Shown here piece by piece: positions 26,597 through 40,955 of a DNA stretch of 64,000 nucleotides; the stretch's first letter is position 1; each line of letters opens with the position of its first letter. The position numbers and the translations under genes are program-made. The DNA is from Octopus vulgaris (lineage: Eukaryota). The notes under the pieces were generated by a model. That model worked only from the letters and a program-made list of their open reading frames with translations, did not search any database and was not told the origin of the DNA. Location of the stretch: assembly GCA_951406725.2 (NCBI GenBank), contig OX597816.1, positions 84,940,001 to 85,004,000 on the forward strand, given 5' to 3'.

Positions 26597-28846
26597 CCAT
26601 CCTTTGAATGTGTCATTCTATGCGTGCTTGTGTATGTTTGTATGCATTGGGTGTTGCTTCTGCAATATTATATTATTCATTTCTGTTATATATTATATAA
26701 TCTAAATATATTTTGCACGCTTCTCTATACCATTCGTTCATCTGTACGCATGTATCTTAACATGCGTGCCTGCGTGCCCGCGTGAGTGCAGGGTGTAAAC
26801 TTATCTATGCGTTTGTGTATGAGTATTAACTCTATGTGTTAGTAGAATGCCGTTGGCTGGCAATTCAAAGATCACTTGAACTTTCTTGTTTGTTTTGTTT
26901 ATCTACCGCAGTTTCTTCTTTGATTTTTGTTCCCATTTTCTAATCTTGCTTACAACTTTTTTTCTTCTGCGAACATCAAAACAAGAAATATAACATAATG
27001 TATACAATATACATAATTTGAATTAATGAAAAGTTATAAAGCTCCAACTCATTTTTACAAGTTTTTTTTTTATACTTCGCCATTTGTGGTTGACTTCTTT
27101 TCGCTTCTCATCCTCTATCTTCACTAACTTTCTGTCCTAACCTTTTTTTCTTATTAAACACCACAGCAGAAGAAGAATGACGCTGACTTGCTGTATATTT
27201 GATTTCATGCTCAAGTACATGATTAAAGTCGTTAGTGGTAACTTGATGATTGCGTTGCGAAAGATGTGTAAATCTTTCTCAAAAGTACAAACCGGATATC
27301 GAAATTTGCATGCAGTCACTCTTTATATGGAACTTACTTCAACATATTGATGTTCATATAATATTTTCGTTCTGTTATACAGATTTTTTAATCTGTTAAA
27401 ACTTAAAAACTGCATAAGTAATGTGAAAGTATGATTCGAGCCTTTTTGGGGTCAACAATAGTGTATATAGCAACATCTGGCTGTACTTGACTATTGAACC
27501 GATATGCTACACACGCTTTCTATCAGCTCACCTTTTGTTCTATTGTTACCTGATATCGTCACCTTTACGATTATTCAAATCTCTGGCCACATTTTGGATA
27601 GAACGAGGTAATATTTTTGTGATAGATATTTTAGATACGTAAATTGAGCATCGTGAAAGATAAAAGAAAACTCACGTTCAAATTGAAATCAGTGAAGACA
27701 GTCACGCAAATTAATCCACAAATAACAACCCGGCTAATAATTATTTTCTTCTTTTTTAACCCCTAGAGCTAATTATAAATGTCAATTTACAGTGATACGA
27801 ATTGCAAAAAGATATAGATGCTGGAATAAATGAATCAACGTCTATGAGTAATTATCAGTAATATATGATGTCAGCTGAGTCGATTAAAATTTTCTGTTCT
27901 ACTTATGTCTATAGAACCATGTTTTAGTTTAACCGAAGTGTTATGTTTATTAAAAGATATACAACTTATAACTGTTCTGTGTACATAATTTTGGTGAGAC
28001 GGATGCTTATTGGTAGAAGACGGATGCCTATTTGGTAGAAGGATGCCTATTTTCTCTCTGAATCTATAATATTGCAACAAAAAGGTAATACGTTTAAAAT
28101 AGGAATCGAAACAGAATCTCAGAACCATTGGCTTGAAACTTAGCTTATACTGTAAGATGGTCGTCAGAAATCTTAGTCATGCTGAAGCATTTAGCTTTAA
28201 CAAATTCCACGTTAGACATCTTCAGTATCTTCGGTTACCTAATTTTAACTTCAGTTTTTTCATAACATAAAAAGAAATAAGAATATATATATACATACAT
28301 ACAGAAGAGTGTGAATTAATCAAAAGTTATAAGAGTCAAGTAATTTTTTCTTCTTGTTACAAATCACTGCATTAGAGGACAAGAAATAACTCAGCGCCTT
28401 TTCTTTAAAATATTAATATCTTCTCGGCACACAGAAAGAGAAGAACATATTAACACACTTCTTTTACTATTTCCTTCTTAGCTTTTGAATGTTGTTTTAT
28501 TTTTTTTTAAATTATTTCATTCAAATATTTTTCGTGAATTATTTATTATTTCTTCTTCTTTTTGACTTCGCTTGGCTTTCACTATATCAATGAGGTGCTT
28601 TTTGTTGCTTATATTTTTTTTATATGACTTAGCTAAGAGAAATAATGGACTCTTGGAAATCACTTTCATAAAAAATATTAGACGAAAAGGAGAGCAGAAT
28701 AAAATGCGAATAATAAATTTCTTTTGATAGTCTTCGATTTGAAAGAGCAAAACCGTGTAAGAATTTAATTCTATTTGTCCTAATTTTTTTTCCGATCAGG
28801 TCAGCCGAAAAAAGTAACAAATAAGTTTAATTCTAATAATATATAC

Positions 28847-28847
<1 letters not shown>

Positions 28848-28938
<91 letters not shown>
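28848..28938. repeat. (TAA)n microsatellite
   Basis: Pure TAA run with no inserted element. Confidence 0.97.
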
Positions 28939-28940
<2 letters not shown>

Positions 28941-31900
28941 TGATGATTGCAACAACACCAATAGAAGTGATAAATACAATAAGAAAAGTAAAAGAAAAAG
29001 GTAAAATTTATAAATTGATAAAATTTCACTCGTTCCATATTTCTTTTACACTAAGACCATGAGAAAAATTATGATTTTAATTAAAATATAACACAATAAA
29101 ATATTGAAACACTACAAAAAATAAATGACAGTATAAGAATAATAAAATAAAATGAATTAAACATAATTTAAATTATTGTTTTGTTTTTAGAAATAAGAAA
29201 TAAATTTTCAATTCAAACAAATTTTTGTAAACTTTAAAATGAGTATTTGATTTCACTTCTGTGCAATATTACACTTAAAACTTCAATCTATGCAGGGCAG
29301 CAGAGACCAGACAAGAATAAGACACGTTTAGGTTGTTAGAAATTATGTTGTGGTTTTAAAGAAAACATTGTAATTTACACTACAGCTATGATTTTTAATG
29401 TATTCTAAAGTGAAAAATGAAATTAAGACAACATATTAAAATGTTCACTGATTTAGATTTCAAATTATAAAATTCAATTTCTTTCTGAAACTTAGTATTC
29501 AAAATCACAGTTTGAGATGTTACGTCTCTGTGTGTATATTTGTATCATTTGTAAATGTACGTGTGCCTTGGGCATATTGTATATAGTGTACAATATATTT
29601 TGTTCACGACTAGCGTCTACTGAGTGTATGTATATTAAGAGAGTTTGCAAGCAGCTTGTCAAGCAATATGCATGTGTATATGTGGTGTTTCAGAATTTTA
29701 GAGTAGTTTCAGTAGCCTAAGCATTGTAGTATATTTATTATGTTGTGCAGAATATATATCAAGATATGCATCTGGCGTATAAATGTGTAGAGTGTTTTAG
29801 GGTTATATACGTTGTGTGTTTCTTATGAATGTGTGCGTGTGCTCGTGTATGTTTCTGCAAAGTTTATAGTGTTTTGTAAATAATGTTTATATATATTTCT
29901 GTCTACTTTCGTATACTTTTTGATATTCATATATCGATTTCTATAAGTCTGTATTAATTGTGTACGAAAAATACATTGATATGTTCACCGTTGCCTTCGC
30001 CAGCTGTTACTGAAACCTAAACATTTTAGAGAAGTTGCGAAGTTTCAAATCGTCACTCATTTGATTTTATATGCTTCAGAAATAGCTCCTATAATGTGTC
30101 GAATTACGTAACTGTCAAGAATGGTTACCAGACCACACGCGTGTGTTTCCTTTGGGCTATTGATATCACTCATTGCGTCATGGTGTTATTTATTTGGTAA
30201 GCAACAAATTCTGAAGCATATGTTATTGTGCGTTTAAATGGCTCAGATGTCTCAGTTGAGCTGCATAATTTTTCTTGTAGATAAAGTGACTCCGTACTAA
30301 CTTATCTCTCCCACAGCACAATAACGCAAATCATCGCAGCTAACGACTTAATGTACACTCAATTCATCGATCACGAAGATATACTCGGAAAATTGGACCT
30401 TAAAGGATTTGATCTTAGAATTTGAGGGAATAAAAACGATGCTGTTAAGGAGTTTGTGCCTGGCGAATATTCGAAATTATATTTATTTTATGACCTTTAC
30501 ACCCCTTACAACTAAAAAGTACCTCTGCTTGATACTACAGTTTGCTTTATTTACTCAGATTCAGAGATGGAAATAAAAAGGTGCTCTAATTATTGTGCAC
30601 TCTATGTAATTTATTATCTAAACTGTAAATCAGCCTTGCACATATGCCGTCAAAATATCGTATTCAAAAGAATACAAATAATTTGACAACTGTCTAAAAG
30701 AACATATTCAATTTTCAGAGTGGAGCGAACTATGGATAATTCCAGGAACTTTAACATTAGCTCACTTAATTCCACTGATGTCGAGAGTTGTTGGATGACT
30801 AATAAGTTAACTTGTTTCAGGCCATGTTTCTTTACATTATTTTGTTCCAAGAAGTACATGGTGCAGAACCAAGAATCATTATATTTCGAATAAGACAAAT
30901 GCTTCATGTCTATATTCTTCGTTATCAATCTAGAATGAAATGACACTCTAATCATTGCGGATGAGCGGATGAAAGTTGAAAATATTGTTAAATATATTCG
31001 TTTATGAGATCCAATTTGAAAAAGAAATGTTCTAATATTCTAATAAAACGTTTTAACAGTTAAGTTGGTAAAATACCTAGTGGCGTGGTATGTGCCTTAT
31101 AGCAGATAAAATAACCTGACAACAATGTACATTTAAGTTACTGTCTATTTCCAGAAGAACCCATAGCTTCACTATTTAACAACTAGAGTTAAAGATGAGT
31201 TTGTAGAGATATTCATATCCAACGTTACACTATACTAGTTGATACGTTGTCAAGAGTCGGTTTCAACAAGATCGAACCTCAATGAAAACCACCAGATGAT
31301 CAATTGCATGTTTGTTTATACACTAGTGCACGAGAATGTAGTCCTACAAATTCTCATAACCATAAGATTAAATGCAGTGTCATGTTATGGAAGAACACCA
31401 TTCTACAAATTTTCGAAAAACCTTTGTCATATAAGGGTAGGATCAGATAAAATTCATTTGGCAGTATCGTTGAAAATATAGGCAAGCTGATCAAATCCAG
31501 ATGCAACCATGTTTTTTGCAGCTCGAGAATTTTGCTTCAACAAATCATCACATAACGTTGTCCGTACTGCCAAATGTGGTCTGATAAATTGTGTCTTGGA
31601 CAATACTACATCAGATAACGCGGAAGAGAAATTAGTAGAAGGAGAAACCGGGGAGCTTTAGAAACACATACACACACAAACACACACTCACATGCACACA
31701 CATTCTCAGGACGGGTATAAACATTTTTAAGCCCAAATTGAATGCCGATTCTCGCGGAATTGCTGAATGTATCCTTTATTAGTTGACAGCTATGATAAAT
31801 AATTGATGTGCTATCGAAAAAACTCCCAGAAGAAATGACGAAGCACTTTCAAGAACTTTTGTTATGAAATCCTCTACTGACTTCGTTGATATCATTGGCA

Positions 31901-32749
31901 AATTTACACTTGATTTGATATTCTATGAGGCTGTGTCAAACCCTCTGAAATATATCTACTGTATCTAGAATAGAGAACACATGGGATGTTGCCTGTAAAT
32001 ATAGTGATGTAAAATTAAATAGAAAATATGATGAGAGTATCGTATTGCAATATTAGCAAGGCAGAGATACAACATCATGATAGTCACACAATTATTTCTG
32101 CTCTCATAACAGTAATAAAGTTTTGAATAGTGTCGTCATTTAATTATTTCGTATTGCTTTCATAGATACCAGATAGCCGAAAATTCCGTCTGATTTTAGA
32201 TTTAACGATTGACGCGCAATAAATCAATGAGAATGCGACAGCATACAGACTGGAAATAAAGTAATTTTTTGGAATAGCAAGTCAGATATTAGGTTGTGTT
32301 TTAAGAATAAATTTTATCACTACTGTTTTATAAAATGATAACATTTGTGTGCCTCTCTCAAGGTGTCATATTACTTTCTGGCAGCCCTTTTGCCGACTTA
32401 TAGAGAATACGATATCCCATGACATCGTAAACTGCTCAATTGCAATAGCCAATACACTTAAGTGTCCCCATACCTATTAACGGTTATCATTAGGTTTCAA
32501 TGGATTTGATAGAAATTGAAAAATTTTTGAAGTGTTTAAAAGATCCATTGAAAAATGTGAAAATGAATGTTTTATAAGTATTCATATAAAAGCCCTCAAA
32601 ATATATTTCATATACATTTGAAGGAAACATGCTTTAAATTAATAAAAATCTAAAATGCGCGAAGTAAAATAACATTCAAATTAATTATCAAGAAATGTTA
32701 AATAAAATATGCAAATATATACGGAAAATTAGAAAAATGCATGCAAATT

Positions 32750-33000
32750 GTGACAAATAGACCGTGGCTTGTGGTTAATGTGATCACTAGTAATTATAGA
32801 AAAGTCGATATGAAAAATTATCAACAAACTTGATAATGAGGTCCATAAAATTACTTCTAAATTAAATATACATGACAGAACCACTGAATATCAAGTTTAA
32901 AGAGCATATATTTTCTAATGGTAACCAGCAGTGCACCAAATTAACACTTCAAAAACGATGTTGGAACTATAAAGACAGGGAGTATCAGACCACGAATTAC
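32750..33000 (+). pseudogene. Degraded PLE (Neptune-like) ORF fragment
   Basis: Traces SKLNIHDR...KFKEH..F.N...C..INTSKNDVG resemble the ITLKDHK.NF....CRLINP.K...G block before PLE RT; ends at (CA)n. Confidence 0.45.
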
Positions 33001-33014
33001 ATTATCATACATAC

Positions 33015-33076
<62 letters not shown>

Positions 33077-33414
33077 TACACACACACGTGCATGGTAAAT
33101 GAAAGACGAAAGATGGAATATATGGGAATATATTATTAATGATGTACATATGTATATATATAAATATATATGCAAACACATACACACATATATATGTATA
33201 TATATATGTATATATATAACAATATATATATATATAATATAGCGTTAATGAAATCGTTAATACAGAATTATCCATAATTCTGATTGCCTCCTTTTTCTCA
33301 ATAATCGTACAACCCCTCATACACTCTATACACCCCTCACACACACACACACACACACACATATAAATATATAACACATATAATATATATATATATATAT
33401 ATGAATAAATAAAT

Positions 33415-34140
33415 ATATGGAGTTGAACGAAGATGTTAAGAAAATTCCTTTACTCTCGACATATGTTTCGAAGACAACATGGTTTTATTCCAAAGGAATA
33501 AACGGTGCAAGATGCAATCTTCTCATCAGGAAAGAAAGGAAGCCTCTCTCGACAACAAGACAAAACAATAATTGCGATGACTGTCTACATGGTAAACGAA
33601 GCGATAATAAGAGTTTTAAAAAACCGTTAGTAGAGTTGACGTCGAAGTTAGATAGTAGGAAGAGAAGGGTTAAAGGAATAATAAGTAGGGAACAAGTAGA
33701 GAGGGAAGGGTACGTTGATTAAAAGAATGTTCAAAGGCTTAGGAAAGAGTTTCTCTATTGAAGTAGAGTGCACGTTAAGCTAATTGTTCAAACTATAATG
33801 ACTATCGAAATCATTTATATGAGTAAAAAGTATGTTTCTGCCAGTGTTTACATTTGTACGATTTTTCTATAAGTGTGTTTACAAGGGGATCCTTAGAGAA
33901 GAGAATATGGAAGAGTTCAGAGTTGCAAATGTTACAAAATCTCCTGCCCTTATCAAAAGGAAAGGATACAGACAGTATTCATATATAACACACAAATTTC
34001 TGCACATGAACCCGGAGTTTTTACCCTTGGACAGGTCGCTTCAACCGTGTTTCTGACGTGAACTTGCTACCCTGGTATCGGTTCATCGAATTTTCCATGT
34101 TGACGGTAAACATGTAGGATAATTCATTCACCTATCGAAA
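33415..34140 (-). mobile_element. 5'-truncated Penelope-like element: GIY-YIG C-terminus plus hammerhead-bearing terminus, in (TA)n
   Basis: Minus strand FCNICNSELFHILFSKDPLVNTLIEKSYKCKHWQK (~33835-33950) matches the C.LC..E...I...LN...E...C.H motif of Neptune-type PLEs; TA repeats on both sides. Confidence 0.78.
33453..33534 (-). ncRNA. Type I hammerhead ribozyme
   Basis: CTTTC CTGATGA GAAGA...TCTTC GAAA CATATG TC GAGAG: 5-bp stem I (one GU), 5-bp stem II, palindromic ACATATGT stem III, GUC site. Confidence 0.85.
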
Positions 34141-34179
34141 TATATATATATATATATATATATATCTATATATCTATCT

Positions 34180-34247
34180 ATGTATGTATGTATGTATGTA
34201 TGTATGTATGTATGTATGTATGTATGTATGTATGTATGTATGTATGT
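34180..34247. repeat. (TATG)n microsatellite
   Basis: Pure run. Confidence 0.95.
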
Positions 34248-34364
34248 ATCTATCTCTCTCTATATATATGAATTTTCTTTCTTTCCTTCTTTCAAATAAT
34301 AAGGATTCTAAATTCATTGAGTTTGAAAACGAAAACTATTATCACTCAGTAATCGAAGAAGTAA

Positions 34365-34930
34365 AATGTACATTTAAGAAGTTTTGAGACATTTTCAGGA
34401 GAGATATTTTTGAAGTTTAGAGGAGTACAAGGCACTAATCTCCTTGGATGTAGGATCTTATGGCTTCAGTGAACCTGTTGTAGCGCTGGCCCCACTTCAT
34501 GAAGGCTGCGCTGGAAGCCTTTGAAAGTGAAGATGATCAGAGCACAAGTCACAGCCTCTTTCGCCTTCTTCGGGTTGGGGAACAACCAAGTCACAGTGAT
34601 CAAGATTTGGGCTGTAGGGAGGGCGAAGAACAATTTCGTTACTCATCTCTGTGAAATATTGGGTTACTAGAATGGTGTTTTGTACCGAAATCTCTTTCCA
34701 TTAAACTGGAGTATGTCATAAATTTCTGTAGCGTTTTTGCCCAGTTTAACACTTTATTGCATAGAGAACTTTCAAGTTGTATTCACATCCCGACAGCATT
34801 CTGAAAACAAGTCAGTTATGAGAAGCAGTGCTTAGTAGGGTGTGCTCAAAGTGCTGTTGCAGTGTCTCCTTCAAAGGGGACTAATAAAATTTGGCAGGCT
34901 AGCTTATTAGATATATAGTAAGATGATATT
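34365..34930 (-). mobile_element. Internally deleted, degraded mariner
   Basis: Minus strand N-terminal YAIK..VKLGKNATE and C-terminal KEAVT...RYN...SY.QGD* traces; TIR-like AAGTTTTGAGACATTTTC near 34378. Confidence 0.6.
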
Positions 34931-35179
34931 ACCATAAACACTGATAAAGAAATTTAAATAAACTGATTTTCATTAAAAAATAGAGCGCACTGATTAGCAA
35001 AACTAAAATCTACACAAATTCCATTGACTCAGAACGGGAGATCACTGTTCTTCTGAAAACGTAGATTGTGTGGAAAATGGATGACGATGTTAACCAATTT
35101 GTAACTGCAACTAGAAAGCATAGAATAAAAAGAATAAAGGCAAAACAAAAAAAAAAACAAAAAAGAAAAGAAAACACAA

Positions 35180-35520
35180 CTGAGAAAGAAGTATGAACGC
35201 AAGCATAAATATGTTGGGAAAATAGTGTACTGGGATAATAGATATGTTTGGGAATTTGAAGAAACAATGTTAAGGACACGAGGTTATGGATGACATGATC
35301 AATGATAATTACCAGAGTTTATGGGATCTTCACGTAAAGGATAATCATTCTATTAAAGCCAGGCGATCAGACATGGTGAGAAGCCAGTAAGAGAGTTTTG
35401 CTTCTGTAAAATTAGTGGCTGTGTTATCATGTAACATAGTAGACTGGTCATGAAGATTACGAGAGTTAAGTGATATCAGGTAAGTTTAGCAAAATAACTG
35501 GGTTGGCTAGTGAAAAATGA
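35180..35520 (+). pseudogene. Ancient Dong/R4 RLE-domain remnant
   Basis: KKYERKHKYVGKIVYW...RVLWDLHV..NHSIKARRSDMV parallels EYKLRHDRVGQYLHW...ILWDFPV..DRTIKANKPDIV in the young copy. Confidence 0.6.
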
Positions 35521-35599
35521 GAATAGACCGAAAAGATGCTAATCTTTATGTCGATTAAATTAAGACCCCGAAATTTCTCAAACTTCTCTGGTTTTATTT

Positions 35600-36450
35600 A
35601 AACGCTATATGGTCATTATACAGATGAACCATTCGATACCACCTCTGACTTCCATAAACAATTTAACACATTCTTATGTGTCGATTACTTTCAAACTTTT
35701 GTCATTGTTAACATCTATCATGGAGACGTCCATCAAAGTACTAGGTCTCTATGTAAATCAGTCTTTTCCCTTTCACCGTCACTACACAATCTTTTATAAA
35801 ACCTACCGGCTCCTACTCCGTCCATGTCTTTTCCTCCTTTAACTCCATTCACGCTAAACGCATCATCCTCATTCCAAATTCTTCAGTTTCCACATCTTTG
35901 CAGTGGTCAGCTCAACTTGGAGAGCAAATAAATGATGCGCTTATTTGTTCGATATGTTTTCGTTCAACTGCCCTCAACTACGTTACTTAAACAGACTGCA
36001 CTAATGCGTTTTCCTCTGCACCTGTCCTCCCATTTCGATTTTGGCCTTATTTATTACACACCATAGAGTCCGATTCAGCTTCTGCCTCATTCAAAAATTG
36101 CCATGCAACCTTTGTCACAAACACCCATCCCATTACAGAAGCCGCATCATATGTTCACAACTTATGCAGCCTACACGTCTGTAGCATCTTACCTCTTTCC
36201 AAATCCAGGTCATTTGAACCTATTCCGCGATCTGATTTATTTGAAATACATGTCCGTTCTTAACGATCCTTACTTTCTTTAGTATATGTTATTTCAACTT
36301 CACGAACCATACGACAAACCAGCTCTACGTGTTTGGTTTCCCTTTAAACTTCAGATGCACGAATTTAGTCTTAACCAAGAGTAGCGATTTATATCATCCC
36401 TATATCTCAGACGCTCTCAAATTACTACTCTTCCCTTTTTAATACCACCT
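35600..36450 (+). mobile_element. Degraded CR1/L2-like LINE 3' remnant
   Basis: Traces of KVLGL and V..QLE motifs; heavily decayed. Confidence 0.3.
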
Positions 36451-37032
36451 GTAACATATAAAACCCACAGGCATACTGCAATCACACATTGTATACACAA
36501 ACACGCATATGGTACATTTTCCTGTTACAAACACACAACACAAAATAGACATACTTTGCAACACTCATAAAATAATTTAGCTATGTACGAGTATACACAT
36601 ATGCTCCAAAGCATAACAATGTAACTGATACACACTCGCATGCACACACACTCACACACACATACACACACACGTACACGCATATACACATATACACACA
36701 TACAAACATACACGCACATGCACACACAAGTACACACACACATACACGCAGATATACGCACACACATGCACCATCCGGCACGCACACACAAGCAATACTT
36801 CATTTCTCTACCCGAACGCATATATCTACAAATACCTTTAGCACACAAACTCTTACAAGAGAAAATTATGGACACACATTTGTTCGCACACACTTTATCA
36901 CACACACATTCGCTGCCGCATGGTTCTTAACTCCAAACCCTAAACAACGACACAATACTCATCATAAGCACAACATATAACAACAGAGAAGAAAACACTT
37001 GCACACATATGAACTAAAGACTACGTATCCAC

Positions 37033-37076
<44 letters not shown>

Positions 37077-37739
37077 ACACACTTGCCTGCACACACAACA
37101 TATGTGCACATGTACAAAAACTGTACACTCAAACAAACGATTTACGGGTTTTGGATTCCTGCAGTGACTTACCTAAAGATACTGTGATTCCAAGCAAACA
37201 ATTGCATGCATTTATTGAACAACTTAACGTATTTTTTAGGGATTTCTCCTTTAGTCGTTTGTTCTGAGAAGAACTTATACACTACACACGCTCACACGCA
37301 CGCACATTCATGTAAAAATTATATACAGTAAAATACACAAGAAAAACAGACGCCAAAGATGGGGAAAAAGGAAAATGAGTCAGACAGTTTTACCTTATCA
37401 CCCTTAAATTCGTCAATAAATTGTATATATTTGATAAACTAAGCTGTTGAAAACTGATAAAGGTCTATATAATAGGGGGGAAAATCCATATGTTGACAGT
37501 CATTTCTGCTACAAATTCAAACAACAAAAGAAAAACAACAACGAAAAAAAAACAACAAAAAAACAAAACATTAATCTCCAGCAGTCGAAGAGAGATCAAG
37601 AAATAGAAAAGTGATAACGGGGAAGAGAAAGTCTTTGATACTTCAAGCCTTATTTTAGATTAGTTTCTTTGTAACTTGAAACGTACTAGTTGACATTTCT
37701 GCGCATTAATCATGATTTTTTGTGCGTTTTTTTTTCCAA

Positions 37740-37870
37740 GGCGTGGTGGCAAAAACAATAGTTTCACGAACTAAATGACTTGCAGATTTGAGTCATACTC
37801 GTTCACACTTTGAGCCCAAATTCTGACAGAGCTAATTATACCTTTCATCGGTAGTTCTCATTCAGGATCG
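37740..37870 (+). mobile_element. Degraded SINE family B
   Basis: AAGGCGTGGTGGCAAAAAC...CCTTTCATC. Confidence 0.4.
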
Positions 37871-38084
37871 ATCTAACGTCGAGTCTTCCGTCAGTTTCGA
37901 CGATGACCATTCAGTTGTTCTGTATCACGAGAATTTGATACATAACTAATTATTCCAAGATGCACTTGTATACTGAGCATAAGCTGAAGCTGAATCAACA
38001 TAAAACAATTTTAGGTTATGCTGTAACTTTCTATTACAACTATAATCGGACCATGATATCCACATAATTTCTGCTTACTTAATG

Positions 38085-38210
38085 TCACTCTCAAAACCTT
38101 GGTCAACTCAAGGGTTTAGTAAAGACACTTACCTTATATATCATCCATTAAGGTTGAGCCAAAAAGCACATGATTGAAAAGCAAACATCATAATCAAACA
38201 ACCATGCTTT
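38085..38210 (-). mobile_element. Degraded SINE family A head
   Basis: CACTCTCAAAACCTTGGTCAAC...AGTAAAGACACTTACC resembles 1118-1167. Confidence 0.5.
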
Positions 38211-38985
38211 CGTCCACAATAAGATACGTCCTTGCGATATACCAATGTCATATTTCTGACATATTTGGCTTTGCATATCAATATTGGAAATCTTTATTCG
38301 TATAGAGCTTTCATGGCAACAAATCGAAATCCACCCTCAAGTAATCTATGCACGAAAGTACAGAAGCAAAAACACAAACGTGCGTGCACGCACGCAAGCT
38401 CCCCCCCCCCCCACTACACGCACGAAGACACAAGTATATCATAGTGTTCACCTACACACAGGTGCGGACATATACAAATACACTTATACAGTAAGACGAA
38501 AACATGCGAGACATTCTAAATGTTCTGTAATAATAGTTCTTTATAGAAACATACTGTTGATAATTGTATCGATGAGTGCATTGGATTTAGTTGGATGTAT
38601 TAATTCAATAAGGAATGATATATGATATCATCGTTCCTTTGTATTTCAATATTCAAAATACAAACAATGGCAACGAAATTACATAACGAGTTATACAGAA
38701 CCATTTGGGCAATTATGGCAGTGTCATCGGGGATGATTTTTTTCTATCTTGAAGCACACTGAAACACAGACAAAAACTTTTCACAAAGGATGACTCTCAT
38801 ACGGACATTTTGGTACAATATGATGCAATTATATATCTTGTCAAATACATAGACACGAATATCCATGCACGCATATCTATACGCACACACACACGCACAC
38901 ATATATATATGTATACACATGAGTGTATATATAAGCATGTATATATATATCTATATATCTATAAACTCTCTCTCTCTCTCCCCCC

Positions 38986-39081
<96 letters not shown>

Positions 39082-39280
39082 CCATATCCATAATATATAG
39101 ATGTTTTCGATCTAGTTTGGATTCTTTGCCATCAATTTTGAATTCTTTGCAATCAAATTTGAATTTTTCAATTGGTGATCAAGCCTTGAAAAAAAATGAA
39201 TTAAACTACATCAGCCGTAATGGAATACACGTCTATCTTATCTAACTCGTCCAGTAGAGCCCACCAATTGATATCTGAAA

Positions 39281-39477
39281 AGTTCCATGAAAGAACTCAT
39301 GAACACTGCGATAGCTTCTACCAAAAAATGCTCCGTTAGGTCGGCCGGTCTGAACAAGGGGAGATAATAAACGAATGATTCTTTTTACTATTATCTCCCT
39401 TTGTTCAAACCGGTCGACGCAACGGAGCATCTTTTGGTAGAAGCTATCGCAGTGTTCATGAGTTATTTCATCGAACT
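39281..39477. repeat. ~88-bp inverted repeat with ~20-nt loop (MITE-like hairpin)
   Basis: AGTTCCATGAAAGAACTCATGAACACTGCGATAGCTTCTACCAAAA...GGGAGATAATA pairs with its near-exact reverse complement. Confidence 0.9.
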
Positions 39478-39679
39478 GGCATACATATGAGACGACGGGT
39501 ATATAGATTGGAATGTGGTTTGTATTTTTCCCTAGTCCCCATAGTTATCGAGAAAATCGATTAAAAGATTTTGTCATGGAATTCCCTCGCCATTAGAACA
39601 ACCAGTTGCTCACACAGCCGGCATATACCATTTCGCTAGCAGCAAGGGGAGTATAAGATGACAATCAACCAAAGCCATT

Positions 39680-39785
39680 CATACATACATACATACATAC
39701 ATACATACATACATACATACATACATGGATGCATACATACATACATGCATACATACATACATACATACATACATACATACATACA

Positions 39786-39819
<34 letters not shown>

Positions 39820-39833
39820 CATACATACATACA
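39680..39833. repeat. (CATA)n microsatellite
   Basis: Tetranucleotide run. Confidence 0.95.
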
Positions 39834-40104
39834 TAACCTCTCCTTTTCTTTGTCACTCACTCACATATTCACTCACTACAAAAAGTGAATAACAAAATTT
39901 CAGTTAACTCTCTCTCAGCCATACATAGATACATACATACATAACAATCTGCGCGCGCGCATGTGTATGTGTGTGTAACTGACGCCATTCATACATACAT
40001 ACATACATAACATCTCTCTCAATCTCTCTCGCTTTTCCTCTATCAATCACTCACACATTCACTCACTACAAAAATGGAATAAATATTTCACTTATCTCAT
40101 TCTT

Positions 40105-40139
<35 letters not shown>

Positions 40140-40727
40140 GTCTCACATACACACACAGCAGCAACATTACTCTCTCTGTCTCTTCACACACACTAACAAA
40201 AGCAATTCACATACACACCACACATTCTATTTCGCACACACCATCAAACACACACACACACACACATACTCTCTCTCTCTCTCACTCACACACACACACA
40301 CACACACACACACGGATGCAGGCACATCAATCCTTCCGCTTCACAACCACTTCAAAAGAACTTCACTCACACATTCGCGCTCTCTTTGTCTCTTTCACTT
40401 TCACACTGTCTTCAAACGATCCCCTTCCCACATAACCCCATATTAAAAAAATAAAAATTACTTACGGAAATCGACGATCATCTTTAAAAATGTAAATAAA
40501 TAGACGTGGTTTATAAGTGGTTTGTAAGTGACATGCGTACGTTCCTATATCGAAAGATCGCCCAATGTTTTAATGATTAGACAGAGGTCCAATAGAATAG
40601 CTCTCAGAAACAGACTATGTACAAATTCGTTCTTTACAACGCCTGAAGTTGTTTTCTGACAAGGGTTGTGGGACAGAAAATTTTCATACAGATGGAGGCT
40701 CCAATCGAAACAGGGACCAGAAATGAT

Positions 40728-40744
40728 AAGGTTGAGAAGCGCTG
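40728..40744. mobile_element. Possible solo hAT-type terminal inverted repeat
   Basis: AAGGTTGAGAAGCGCTG resembles the reverse complement of CAGCGGTTCTCAACCTT ends of Charlie-like hATs; partner end not found. Confidence 0.35.
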
Positions 40745-40821
40745 TTATAGATGTGCCGAACCAAACACGATCACAGCCACATCAACCATTTAGACGGGGT
40801 GAAAACGGGCTTAGCTGCTAG

Positions 40822-40937
<116 letters not shown>

Positions 40938-40955
40938 CAGTGTACCCCCACTTGT

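Noticed and set aside
27120-27385. Plus-strand acceptor (CTAAC...CACAG) and an opposing minus-strand 55-nt exon candidate
   Set aside because: No recognisable peptide, conflicting strands, and such motifs are common by chance in AT-rich DNA
27990-28052. Three ~20-bp repeats (TTGGTAGAAGACGGATGCCTAT) as a CRISPR-like array
   Set aside because: Directly tandem with no spacers; eukaryotic minisatellite
31240-32520. Possible hAT transposase relic
   Set aside because: Only a faint dimerisation-domain-like trace near 32410-32500; cannot be supported by eye
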